A DNA stretch of 59,098 nt, filler included. It is 4 parts of 4 records of this genome, joined end to end, with 100 filler letters (N's around TTAATTAATTAA, not from the genome) between each part and the next. Parts side by side here need not be neighbours in the genome. Positions count along the whole stretch, not along the records: positions 1 to 13,006 come from SRR31156797_6698; 3 more parts are not named here. The stretch is one strand, 5' to 3'. Of the stretch, positions 1 to 9,384 are shown one piece after another; position 1 is the first letter of the stretch; every line of letters starts with the position of its first letter. Position numbers and translations under genes: made by a program. The notes below the pieces were generated by a model. That model was not told the DNA's origin, searched no databases, and worked only from the letters and a program-made list of their open reading frames with translations.

Positions 1-541
1 ATTGATTGTTGTTACTGCCGACCACGAAACAGGTGGATTAGCTTTGGGGCATGCTACCTCAAAGTATGATACCGACTATGCTTACCTTACTGCTCAGGAA
101 GTTTCATCGCAAACATTTACTGTAATTGCCGATTCCCTTTTCGCATATGAGAGAAATCAAAACCTTGGATTTGCCATGCAGCTGGTTGAAGATTATTTTG
201 GGCTGGGAGGAAAGCACGGCCCTGCACTATCTGATTATGAGCAAAATTTGCTGGAGGAAGCTTATTGGGTTTCTGCCGGGAGCAAAGAGATCGACAATGA
301 GGAAGCCTATGTAAAATATGGCGGTTATTATCCGCTGGCGGTAACGGCCACCAGAATTCTCAACAATAAAGCCGGGCTGTCCTTTTCAACCTGGTCGCAT
401 ACCGGAATTCCCGTACCTGTGTATGCCATTGGCAAAGGTGCAGAAGAATTTGACGGATGTTACGACAACACGGACATCCCCAAAAAGATTGCAAAAGTCA
501 TGGGGATATCACTTGAAAACAATCATTCAAAACTGAATTAA
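1..541 (+). CDS. Alkaline phosphatase, C-terminal part (5' truncated by window edge)
   Basis: [11 protein letters not shown] metal-binding motif and [25 protein letters not shown]-terminal motif of PhoA-type alkaline phosphatases. Confidence 0.9.
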   Translation, partial: LIVVTADHETGGLALGHATSKYDTDYAYLTAQEVSSQTFTVIADSLFAYERNQNLGFAMQLVEDYFGLGGKHGPALSDYEQNLLEEAYWVSAGSKEIDNEEAYVKYGGYYPLAVTATRILNNKAGLSFSTWSHTGIPVPVYAIGKGAEEFDGCYDNTDIPKKIAKVMGISLENNHSKLN

Positions 542-552
542 TCAATCGAGAT

Positions 553-1947
553 ATGAAAACAAGAATTGAACATGACACAATGGGAACCATAGAAGTTCCT
601 GCCGACAAGTACTGGGGGGCTCAAACCCAACGGTCGAAAGAAAACTTTAAAATTGGTGTTCCCGGCTCCATGCCGAAAGAAATTATCCAGGCTTTTGGTG
701 TACTGAAGAAATCAGCAGCTCTGGCCAACAAAGAACTGGGAGTTCTCCCGGATGAAAAATGTAAACTGATCGTGCAGGCCTGCGGTGAGGTGATTGATGG
801 AAAACTGGACGATAACTTCCCGCTGGTGATCTGGCAAACAGGCTCCGGCACGCAGTCGAACATGAATATGAATGAGGTGGTGGCCAACCGCGCTCACGTT
901 ATCAACGGAGGCTCTTTGGATGATGCTACAAAAGCCATCCACCCGAATGATGATGTGAATAAATCACAATCTTCAAACGACACCTTTCCCACGGCGATGA
1001 GTATCGCCAGTTATAAAATGATTGTGGAAACCACCATTCCGGGAGTAGAATTGTTACGAAATACATTGGCAAAAAAAGCTGACGATTTCAGGAAGGTTGT
1101 GAAAACAGGGCGCACCCACCTGATGGATGCCACACCACTTACGCTGGGTGATGAGTTTTCGGGGTATGTGGCCCAACTCGACCATGGACTGAAAGCCCTG
1201 AAAGCCACACTGCCACATCTCGCTGAGTTGGCCCTCGGCGGAACGGCTGTTGGAACCGGACTGAATACACCCAAAGGATATGCAAAACTGGTAGCTGAAA
1301 AAATTGCCAAAATCAGCGGACACCCATTTGTAACGGCACCCAATAAGTTTGAATCACTCTCGGCGCACGACGCCATGGTTGAAACATCAGGGGCATTAAA
1401 AACATTGGCTGTAAGCCTGATGCACATTGCCAACAACACCAGATTGCTGGCTTCCGGCCCAAGATGCGGATATTCGGAGATTGTACTTCCGGCAAACGAA
1501 CCGGGATCTTCAATCATGCCGGGAAAAGTTAACCCAACACAAAACGAGGCGCTTACCATGGTTTGTGCGCAAGTGATCGGTAACGACATGGCCATCGCCG
1601 TTTCAGGAACACACGGCCAGTTTCAGCTGAATGTTTTTAAACCTGTAATGGTAGCGAACCTGTTGCAATCAGCCAGGTTGTTGGGTGATGCCTGTGTTTC
1701 GTTTAACGACAAATGTGCAGTTGGCATCGAGCCACAGCAGGAAAACATCACGAAAAACCTCGAAAACTCGCTGATGCTGGTTACGGCGCTCAACACGCAC
1801 ATCGGATATGAAAATGCTGCAAAGATTGCCAAGAAAGCGCATGCAGAAGGCTTGACATTGAAGGAGTCGGCGCTGGAGCTTGGCCTGGTTACAGAGGAAC
1901 AATTTAACGAATGGGTTGATCCTTCAAAAATGCTTGGACATATGTAG
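553..1947 (+). CDS. fumC: Class II fumarate hydratase
   Basis: [11 protein letters not shown] signature, [32 protein letters not shown]. Confidence 0.98.
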   Translation: MKTRIEHDTMGTIEVPADKYWGAQTQRSKENFKIGVPGSMPKEIIQAFGVLKKSAALANKELGVLPDEKCKLIVQACGEVIDGKLDDNFPLVIWQTGSGTQSNMNMNEVVANRAHVINGGSLDDATKAIHPNDDVNKSQSSNDTFPTAMSIASYKMIVETTIPGVELLRNTLAKKADDFRKVVKTGRTHLMDATPLTLGDEFSGYVAQLDHGLKALKATLPHLAELALGGTAVGTGLNTPKGYAKLVAEKIAKISGHPFVTAPNKFESLSAHDAMVETSGALKTLAVSLMHIANNTRLLASGPRCGYSEIVLPANEPGSSIMPGKVNPTQNEALTMVCAQVIGNDMAIAVSGTHGQFQLNVFKPVMVANLLQSARLLGDACVSFNDKCAVGIEPQQENITKNLENSLMLVTALNTHIGYENAAKIAKKAHAEGLTLKESALELGLVTEEQFNEWVDPSKMLGHM

Positions 1948-1970
1948 AGCAATTGAAAGGTCCAAATAAT

Positions 1971-2006
1971 AAAAGCCATCACGTTCTAAACATGATGGCT
2001 TTTTTT
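1971..2006 (+). terminator. Intrinsic terminator after fumC, possibly bidirectional
   Basis: AAAAGCCATCA..TGATGGCTTTT inverted repeat followed by a T run, between convergent genes. Confidence 0.85.
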
Positions 2007-2084
2007 GTATTTATTTCGATGCAGTTGAAAGGGTATGCTTAAGCATCAATAACCCAATACCGGATAACAGATAGCTTTTCTTCC

Positions 2085-3026
2085 CTAATACCTCACAACT
2101 TTCAAACTTGAAATGGCTGCATCCACCTTAATGTGGATGGTGTTTTCTGCACTCCCGAAGTTTTCGGTTTCATACAGGCCACTTTCAATCTTATCAAAAC
2201 CATCCAGTGTTTTTCCACTTAGAATGGTATTGGTGACAACTTCACATCCTGATGTTTCCGGCACTTCTATGATAACTTCGGCAGCGCCTGAGTTGATGAA
2301 TACATCTGTTTCGCTGTAATTGTCACCCAGAACAAACCTCACGGATGATGCCCCGCTGTTTACATCAATGCGATCGATCCTGAACAGGCTCAGATCGAAA
2401 TTCAATTTAGCGGCACCTGCATCAATTTTCATATCCCAAAGCGGGTCCGGGTGAAGGGATATATCAGCGCTGTTTTTCAATTTGGGACCCGATTCAACAT
2501 AGGTATCCATATCAATTTTTAACACCACAACACTGCCTTCATTGTCGGCATGGAGGTAATAGTTTCCAAAGTTTCCCTCACGCTTAAACTCCAGAAGGTG
2601 GCTGGTGCTTTCTTCGATGTAAAACTCGCCGGCAATAGCATCCAGTTCCAACACAGCATTTTCCATCTCCTCGTTATAGTTTTCAAACAGAAACTGATCG
2701 CGCCATTCATAATCTTCATTATCGTAATCATAACTGTAACTATCATCATTATCCCACCAAAACCACTGGTGTGGCGCAAAATGGTTGTACCTGAAGTAGG
2801 ACGTGTTGGAAATAAAAAACAGTGATAGCACAATGATCAGAAATGCCAGAAAAACCCGTACTACACCATTGATAGGAAGAAGTGAAATGCCGAGTACGAT
2901 AAGGAATACAGGCCACATATTCAGTACCGTCCACCAGTTAAAATAAAGTACTCCAACATTTCGCAGTACAAAGAGCACCCCGATCGTGACCAGGATTACA
3001 CCCCAAAAAACATTCTTTGATTTCAT
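2085..3026 (-). CDS. LiaF/LiaI-like membrane protein with C-terminal beta-solenoid (DUF5668/toast-rack type) domain
   Basis: N-terminal FWGVILVTIGVLFVL..N....W....WP hydrophobic motif; repetitive beta-strand C-terminus (IDAGAAKLNFDLS, VNSGASSV, INSGAAEV); follows a PspC gene. Confidence 0.7.
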   Translation of the reverse strand: MKSKNVFWGVILVTIGVLFVLRNVGVLYFNWWTVLNMWPVFLIVLGISLLPINGVVRVFLAFLIIVLSLFFISNTSYFRYNHFAPHQWFWWDNDDSYSYDYDNEDYEWRDQFLFENYNEEMENAVLELDAIAGEFYIEESTSHLLEFKREGNFGNYYLHADNEGSVVVLKIDMDTYVESGPKLKNSADISLHPDPLWDMKIDAGAAKLNFDLSLFRIDRIDVNSGASSVRFVLGDNYSETDVFINSGAAEVIIEVPETSGCEVVTNTILSGKTLDGFDKIESGLYETENFGSAENTIHIKVDAAISSLKVVRY

Positions 3027-3077
3027 TTTATTAAGTTTTTATGGTCAGTAAAATTTTTCTTAGATACGATGTCAGCC

Positions 3078-3533
3078 TTAGCGCTTGTTTTTAGGCCTCA
3101 CCTGTGAGACAATAATGAGGATGCCCACTACAATAAGCATTACGGGCCAAAGGTCTCCAAAATTGATGCGTGGTAACAGGCGATCGAGCAGGAATAATCC
3201 GCCAAGTGCAATTAATATTACACCCACAACAAGTCCGCCATCGTTCCGGGGTCTGTTGTAATAGGGCCGGTTTTTGTAATCTGTGTTTTCGTTTTCCATT
3301 GTTTCTGTTTCTTTGAAATTTGTGTTTGTGTGGTAAAAATCATAAGGCTCTTCTGGCATAACTATCCACAGGATGATATATGCAACCAATCCTCCGGCAG
3401 CCAAAAATGTAAGCACGACAAACAGAATCCTGAAAATAACAGGATCGGTATTGAAATATTTGCCCAGGCCACCGGATACTCCGGCAATAACCGTATCGGT
3501 ACGGCTTCTGTAAAGTGTTCGTCTTTGTTCCAT
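3078..3533 (-). CDS. PspC domain protein with LiaI/LiaF-like TM tail
   Basis: LYRSRTDTVIAGVSGGLGKYF..DPVIFRILFV...AYIILWIVMP PspC motif. Start moved to ATG 3533 because a -7 promoter element lies at 3554-3561. Confidence 0.88.
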   Translation of the reverse strand: MEQRRTLYRSRTDTVIAGVSGGLGKYFNTDPVIFRILFVVLTFLAAGGLVAYIILWIVMPEEPYDFYHTNTNFKETETMENENTDYKNRPYYNRPRNDGGLVVGVILIALGGLFLLDRLLPRINFGDLWPVMLIVVGILIIVSQVRPKNKR

Positions 3534-3553
3534 GGTTAATCGTGTTAGGTTTT

Positions 3554-3561
3554 CAAAAATA
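3554..3561 (-). promoter_or_regulatory. Bacteroidota sigma70 -7 element (TATTTTTG) for the pspC operon
   Basis: Matches TAnnTTTG consensus, about 20 nt upstream of ATG 3533. Confidence 0.55.
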
Positions 3562-3752
3562 GCACATATTTTATCTATATGCCCCAAGAATTGACGAATA
3601 TAGTGGATTGAAATTACCTGGTTGGTAATATCAGTGTTTACGATTTTTTACATAAGCTGATCTCCGGAAGGAAAATTTCACACGTACAACCCCATTTTTT
3701 GATTCTTAAACGTTTGGTTTGGCAAAGCTTTCAGCGTATCTTTTTTAATTAT

Positions 3753-3760
3753 TACTTTTG
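3753..3760 (+). promoter_or_regulatory. Bacteroidota -7 element (TACTTTTG)
   Basis: TAnnTTTG consensus upstream of the 3798 start. Confidence 0.55.
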
Positions 3761-3797
3761 CCATGATTAAATTTCTCATATTTAGCAAATAACATCA

Positions 3798-5042
3798 ATG
3801 ATCATAAAAACCATACGATTTTTGTTCAAGGCACTCGGCATACTCATTTTACTATTGCTTGTTGTTTTTTTTGTGATTTATGCCATTGCCCCGGTTTACA
3901 AGTTCCCTGAATATAAGCCTTTTGCTGGCGATAAAATCCATAATCCCTACCGCAACGCCGATAGTTCGGCGTGGAAAAAAGGAAACTTTCAGGTACAATC
4001 TCGGGTGTGGGGCGGTATTACCGATGGCCGAACCAATTCCAACGAGGCCATTCAAACCATTTACGGCTTGCTTGGCTACGACATTATCGTTACTTCGGAT
4101 TACATGAAAATTAATCGTTTTGGAGAGGACAAGCCAGGCTATATTCCTACCTACGAACATGGTTACGGCATCCAGAAAACCCACCAGGTTTGTATTGGCT
4201 CAAAAAAAGTAAACTGGATTGATTATCCGTTTTATGCCAATAAGAACCACAAACAGCATATCCTGAATATTCTTCGGAAAAATAACCAGATTGTAGCCAT
4301 TGCACATCCAAGTTTGCGGGGCGGCCATACCCTGGAGGATATGCGCATACTCACCAACTATGATTTGATTGAGGTATTGAATGAACTGAAGTCATCCATA
4401 GAACACTGGGATGCGGCGCTTTCGAGTGGGCACAGGGCATTTATACTCTCAAACGATGATGCCCATGATATTTTCGATCCCTCTGAAGTTGGCAGAAAAT
4501 GTACATTTATAAACGCCCCATCCGGAAGAGGGCCTGAGGTAGTGCAGGCTTTAAAAAGTGGCCGTGCTTATGGTGTGGATATTGGTTATACGCCGGGTTC
4601 GGATTTTGTTGAACGGGCAGAAATTCACAAACATATTCCCCAACTCGATTGGGTGAGAATTGATAATGATACATTACAGGTTAAAGTGAGTAAAAAAGCC
4701 AAACTCATTTCATTCATCGGACAAAACGGAATCATCAAAGCAACAGTTGCCGATACAAGCCGGGCTGTATATAAAATCGCGTCTTCTGACACCTACATCC
4801 GGACTGAGATTGCCTACAACGACGGAACGATCCTATACCTGAATCCTGTGTTCAGGTATTCGGGTGCAGCACCTGCCGATCCTGAAATGCCTACCACCGA
4901 CCAATCCAAAACCTGGGTTCAGCGCGGTGTAGCATTGATTATCACCATTATTGTCCTGCTCATCATTTCACGATTATTGCGGGGAGGACCCAAAAAGAAA
5001 GGCCGGATTTCGAGGCGGACCTATTACTCATACACCCGGTAG
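3798..5042 (+). CDS. Membrane-anchored PHP-like metallophosphoesterase domain protein
   Basis: N- and C-terminal TM helices; YEHG..H, AHP, EVLN, NDDAH motifs resembling PHP-fold metal ligands. Confidence 0.6.
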   Translation: MIIKTIRFLFKALGILILLLLVVFFVIYAIAPVYKFPEYKPFAGDKIHNPYRNADSSAWKKGNFQVQSRVWGGITDGRTNSNEAIQTIYGLLGYDIIVTSDYMKINRFGEDKPGYIPTYEHGYGIQKTHQVCIGSKKVNWIDYPFYANKNHKQHILNILRKNNQIVAIAHPSLRGGHTLEDMRILTNYDLIEVLNELKSSIEHWDAALSSGHRAFILSNDDAHDIFDPSEVGRKCTFINAPSGRGPEVVQALKSGRAYGVDIGYTPGSDFVERAEIHKHIPQLDWVRIDNDTLQVKVSKKAKLISFIGQNGIIKATVADTSRAVYKIASSDTYIRTEIAYNDGTILYLNPVFRYSGAAPADPEMPTTDQSKTWVQRGVALIITIIVLLIISRLLRGGPKKKGRISRRTYYSYTR

Positions 5043-5045
5043 CAT

Positions 5046-6701
5046 ATGCTCGCCAGATTCACTTTTGATGATGATAAACTTCCCGCAAAGCGGATTACCA
5101 ATGGCATCCTGATTACGATCATTAGCCTTTCGGTGTTGGTGAGGGGTTTTTTAGCCTGGTTTCTCGAACTGGGAAATGATGAAGTTTATTACTGGACCTA
5201 TTCACTCTATCCTGATTTGAGCCACTTTGATCATCCACCCATGGTGGGGTATGTTATTCAGTTGTTTTCCTTAAACCTGAAGTTTGACAGTGAGCTGTTT
5301 ATCAGGATGAGCCCGGTAATTTTTGGAGGTATAAACACCTGGTTGATTTATCTCATCGGGAAACATATTAAAGGAGTACTGGCTGGTTTGTATGCAGCAC
5401 TACTTTACAATACCTCGGTTTATTGTTTTGTGATTGCCGGTATTTTTATCCTTCCCGATACTCCACAATTGTTGTTTTGGCTCATCAGTTTGTATTTCCT
5501 AATTAAAATTTTACCTGGCAAGCCCATAACCAAATCCAGGGCAATGGCTTTGTTTTTTGTCTCTATTCCGCTGGGAATGGCGATGCTTTCAAAATATACT
5601 TCGGTATTTCTTTGGTTTGGTGCCGGATTATATATACTGTTTTATAACCGGGCCTGGTTGCGCAAAAGTGAATTGTACCTTTCAATATTAATGACCGCAC
5701 TGATCTTTAGTCCGGTGATATTCTGGAATATCGAAAACCAGTGGATCAGTTTTACTTTCCAGGGCGAAAGGGTAAGTTTTTTCGGATCAGGATTACGTAT
5801 CGATCATTTCTTCCAGGAATTATTCGGGCAGATTTTATATAACAACCCGGTGAATTATGTAATTATCATTATTGCTTTGCTTGCATTGTTTAAAGGAAAA
5901 ATCAACATCGACCCGGATTATAAGCATATGCTTTTATTTACCGGTCTTCCGCTGATTTTGTTGTTCCTGTTTTTTGCCCTGTTCCGCCGCACCTTGCCGC
6001 ACTGGACTGCTCCCGGATATATCAGTTTGATTGTGATTGCAGCAATTTATCTTGCTGATAAATCCTTGAAACGGGAACGTGCAGTACTGTTTCCGAGGTT
6101 TATCATCATTTCCATTTCGGTATTGATGGTAGTGCTTTTTGCCGGAGTGCTACAAATCAAAACAGGGTTTATTCCGCAGCAATCTTCCGATGACCCAAAA
6201 GAGCTGGGCAAAAATGATGTAACGCTTGATATGTATGGCTGGCGACAGTTTGGTGACAAATTTTCGCAGGTTGTGGATCATGATTTCTTTACCAAAAACA
6301 TGAATGCCGATGCACCGATTATTTCGAGTAAATGGTTCCCGGCGGCACATTTGGATTACTATGTTGCCCAAAAATTCGGATATAAACTGATCGCCATTGG
6401 TGATTTAAACGCCATCCACAAATATGCCTGGATTAACCGCGAAAGGCCTCCGTTGCGGCTTGAATCAGATGCTTACTTCATAACCCACAGCCGCAATTAT
6501 AAAAGCCCGAAATACCTGCTTGAGTATTTTTCATGGATTGAGGAGCCAGAGATCATCCGCATTTTCAAGGGTAGGAAACATGTTGAAAATTTCTTTGTGT
6601 ATCGCTTGCGGAAATGTAAAAAACTTCCCCCTGATGTTTTGGAGGAATATGGTATTCCGGAAGCCAAGGATGTAAATCTGATACTTACACCGGGATTCTG
6701 A
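5046..6701 (+). CDS. ArnT/PMT-like GT-C glycosyltransferase (GT39/GT83-like)
   Basis: NDEVYYW..S......FDHPPMV, PDTPQL, LSKYT motifs, many TM helices. Confidence 0.88.
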   Translation: MLARFTFDDDKLPAKRITNGILITIISLSVLVRGFLAWFLELGNDEVYYWTYSLYPDLSHFDHPPMVGYVIQLFSLNLKFDSELFIRMSPVIFGGINTWLIYLIGKHIKGVLAGLYAALLYNTSVYCFVIAGIFILPDTPQLLFWLISLYFLIKILPGKPITKSRAMALFFVSIPLGMAMLSKYTSVFLWFGAGLYILFYNRAWLRKSELYLSILMTALIFSPVIFWNIENQWISFTFQGERVSFFGSGLRIDHFFQELFGQILYNNPVNYVIIIIALLALFKGKINIDPDYKHMLLFTGLPLILLFLFFALFRRTLPHWTAPGYISLIVIAAIYLADKSLKRERAVLFPRFIIISISVLMVVLFAGVLQIKTGFIPQQSSDDPKELGKNDVTLDMYGWRQFGDKFSQVVDHDFFTKNMNADAPIISSKWFPAAHLDYYVAQKFGYKLIAIGDLNAIHKYAWINRERPPLRLESDAYFITHSRNYKSPKYLLEYFSWIEEPEIIRIFKGRKHVENFFVYRLRKCKKLPPDVLEEYGIPEAKDVNLILTPGF

Positions 6702-6716
6702 TCTAATCAGGTTGCC

Positions 6717-7178
6717 CTAGGAATTGTTGTTTTCTTTTCTCTTCTTTTTGAAAAAATCCGTTAGCATAGCACTGCATTCATTTTCCATAATTCCACCTAC
6801 AATTTGAGTTTTTGGATGTAAAATATGTTGGCTGGTCTTCGAAAAACCACGCTTTTCGTCATACGCACCAAAAACGATTTTTGAAACCTGCGTCCAGTAT
6901 GCAGCTCCGGCACACATCACGCAGGGTTCAAGTGTAACATAGAGTGTGCAATTTTCAAGGAACTTATTGTCCAGGTAATTGGATGCTGCTGTAAAAGCTT
7001 GCATTTCGGCATGTGCCGTAACGTCGGTGAGTTGTTCGGTAAGATTGTGTGCCCGGGCAACAATCTTGTCGTTACAGGCGACTACAGCGCCTACAGGAAC
7101 CTCACCCATTTCGAAAGCATGAGCTGCCTCCTTCAGGGCTTCTCGCATAAAATATTCATCTGTGTAGAGATCAAGCAT
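6717..7178 (-). CDS. tadA: tRNA adenosine(34) deaminase / nucleoside deaminase
   Basis: EVPVGAVV, TAHAEM, TLEPCVMC zinc motifs; ATG at 7178 preferred over the TTG start of the ORF track. Confidence 0.9.
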   Translation of the reverse strand: MLDLYTDEYFMREALKEAAHAFEMGEVPVGAVVACNDKIVARAHNLTEQLTDVTAHAEMQAFTAASNYLDNKFLENCTLYVTLEPCVMCAGAAYWTQVSKIVFGAYDEKRGFSKTSQHILHPKTQIVGGIMENECSAMLTDFFKKKRKENNNS

Positions 7179-7351
7179 TATAAAATTTGTTTCAGGCAAA
7201 GGTGGGATTTTTATTCTGAAATCATGCAGGCGAAAAGTCAGGATCCTTTATTTGAGTAATTTCGATCCTCAGGAATTTTAAGTTACCACATAGGCACGAA
7301 GATCACTAAGGATCACTAAGTACGGAAATAAATCAACTACACTGAAAAGCC

Positions 7352-7507
7352 TTAGTCCCCCAGCTCTCCCTGTCCAAACTGGGGTAGTAGATGGCTTCGG
7401 CCAGGTTTTCGGTTTTGATATCCTGGCGCCATCAATGTTGACGATGGTACGTGAAACCTGCTTAATGCAGAAGTGAACCTTGACAGACAGGAGAGTATTT
7501 CCATAGC
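7352..7507 (-). pseudogene. Decayed duplicate of the comM/yifB 3' end
   Basis: Aligns to 9385-~9545 (CCCCAGCTCTCCCTGTCCAAACTG.GGTAGT.GATGGCTTCGGCCAG). In the comM frame it reads VSRTIVNIDG/DIKTENLAEAIYYPSLDRESWGT with frameshifts, versus VSRTIADLAG.PDIKTEHLAEAIHYRSLDRESWGT. Confidence 0.9.
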
Positions 7508-7693
7508 AAATTGTTGTTTAGCTAAACAAACATGATGTTTATCGGTGACGAAGTTATGCAATGTGAAAAGTGAATCTAAGTGCTTGACGTAAGGTAAGTT
7601 GTCAGATACGTGCACCATGCTGAATGTTTACGCAATAAGGATTAAAATTTAATAAAGTCGCTTTTTTACAATTTTACTAGTAAGTCCGGATGT

Positions 7694-7701
7694 TAGATTT
7701 G
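7694..7701 (+). promoter_or_regulatory. Bacteroidota -7 element (TAGATTTG)
   Basis: TAnnTTTG consensus about 30 nt upstream of ATG 7731. Confidence 0.6.
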
Positions 7702-7730
7702 TCCCATTATTAATCAACACATTTTAAATT

Positions 7731-8465
7731 ATGAAGATTTCAGAAATAGCTCCGGATATATATCGCATATCCATTTTTGTTCAGGAGATGAATCTCCAGT
7801 TCAATCACTTCCTGATCAAAGATGATGAGCCGATGCTATACCATGCAGGGATGAAGCAAATGTTCCCCGTATTGCTGGAAGCAGTTAAAAACATCATAAA
7901 CCCCGCTGAATTGCGATGGATCGGGTTCAGTCATTTTGAGGTGGATGAATGCGGCGGATTGAATGAATGGCTAAAAGTGGCACCCAATGCCTTACCCGTT
8001 TGCAGTGAAGCGGGTGCCCTGGTAAACATGAGTGATTTTTCTGAAAAACCTGCCCGTGCCATGGCTGAAGGAAATATACTCTCCACCGGGAAATACAAAT
8101 TTCGTTTTATCAGAACGCCCCATCTGCCTCATGGTTGGGATGCGGGTGTGCTTTTCGAGGAAAAAAACAAAACCCTGCTCTGTTCAGATTTATTGCATCA
8201 AAATGGCGATCTACCAGAATTAACAGATAAAGACATACTGGAGGTACACAGGAAATCTCTAATCGAGTTTGAGCAGGGGCCGTTGATGGGCTATACGCCT
8301 TATACTTTGCGGACTGGCCGGTTGCTGAAAACCCTGGCAAATCTTAATCCAAAAACACTCGCAACTATGCATGGGTCTTCATTTAACGGTGACTGTAAAA
8401 AAGTGCTGACAGATCTCGATATGATCCTGAGGGAAGTCTGGGAAAATGAACAATTGCAACTGTAA
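7731..8465 (+). CDS. Stand-alone MBL-fold protein of flavodiiron N-terminal/ODP-like type
   Basis: SHFEVDE (HxExD), TPHLPHGWD, LLCSDL, TMHG motifs; no flavodoxin domain. Confidence 0.75.
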   Translation: MKISEIAPDIYRISIFVQEMNLQFNHFLIKDDEPMLYHAGMKQMFPVLLEAVKNIINPAELRWIGFSHFEVDECGGLNEWLKVAPNALPVCSEAGALVNMSDFSEKPARAMAEGNILSTGKYKFRFIRTPHLPHGWDAGVLFEEKNKTLLCSDLLHQNGDLPELTDKDILEVHRKSLIEFEQGPLMGYTPYTLRTGRLLKTLANLNPKTLATMHGSSFNGDCKKVLTDLDMILREVWENEQLQL

Positions 8466-8526
8466 CAAGTTGTATTAAAAATATTTAAACCGCACAGAAT
8501 CAATTCAACCGTTTGACATTAAGGGT

Positions 8527-9357
8527 ATGAATTTTAAAGTCAGAGAATTTAAACCGAACGGCGCTTTGGCGCCGTTTGTTGATTGTTACTGGGAAGGCGT
8601 ATTCAATTTAAAAGCTAACCAGGAAGCTTCATTTCAGATGGTTCCGAATGCCTGCCTGGAATTGATTATTCATCTGGGTGATTTGAAGTGCCATCTGCCA
8701 AATGCCAATGGATGGGCTCAAACACCCGATTATATGATGATCGGTTTGCTAACAAACGCGCAACAGGTTCGGTTTGTCGATAAAGTTCCGGTATTCACCA
8801 TCCGGTTTAAACCAGAAGCCCTCTATCATCTTTTTCGCATGGAAGGTGTGGCACTTCGGGATAGCTATACGGATACAGAAACTATACTGGATAAGAAGTT
8901 TCGTAACTTTTGCCATAAGATTCGTGAGGCATACGGAACAGCAGATCGTATCCAATTAGCTGAAAATTTTTTATATAAAATCATGAGCAGTCGAAAAGTA
9001 GAACCGGAATATGTCACCAAAGCTGCTGACATGATGCGAAACACCAACACTGTAAATATCAGCGAAATAGCCAGAGAAGTTTGCATCAGCCAACGACAAC
9101 TCGAGAGAAAGTTCAGGAAAATCATGGGAATCAGTCCCAAACAGTATTTACACCTTACCCGGATTAATAAAGTGGTAAAACTGCTCGAAAAAAAGTATCA
9201 ACTTGACCTAACCAGTGTTGCATATCATTGTGGTTATTTCGACCAGGCGCATTTTATCAAAGATTTCAAGCGAATCACCGGATACATTCCATCCATCTAT
9301 TACAAAGATAAAGCCCGGTTTGTTGCTTTGCCCGGACAGGTGAATATCAATGTTTGA
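8527..9357 (+). CDS. AraC-family transcriptional regulator (DUF6597-type N-terminus)
   Basis: LAPFVDCYW N-terminus; ISQRQLERKF..IMGISPKQY and CGYFDQAHFIKDFK HTH motifs. Confidence 0.92.
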   Translation: MNFKVREFKPNGALAPFVDCYWEGVFNLKANQEASFQMVPNACLELIIHLGDLKCHLPNANGWAQTPDYMMIGLLTNAQQVRFVDKVPVFTIRFKPEALYHLFRMEGVALRDSYTDTETILDKKFRNFCHKIREAYGTADRIQLAENFLYKIMSSRKVEPEYVTKAADMMRNTNTVNISEIAREVCISQRQLERKFRKIMGISPKQYLHLTRINKVVKLLEKKYQLDLTSVAYHCGYFDQAHFIKDFKRITGYIPSIYYKDKARFVALPGQVNINV

Positions 9358-9384
9358 TTATTGAAAACATTGCTGCACAGTTGA

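Noticed and set aside
7352-7618. 88-aa ORF (and the similar 9347-9583 ORF)
   Set aside because: Off-frame readings of the comM 3' end and its decayed duplicate.
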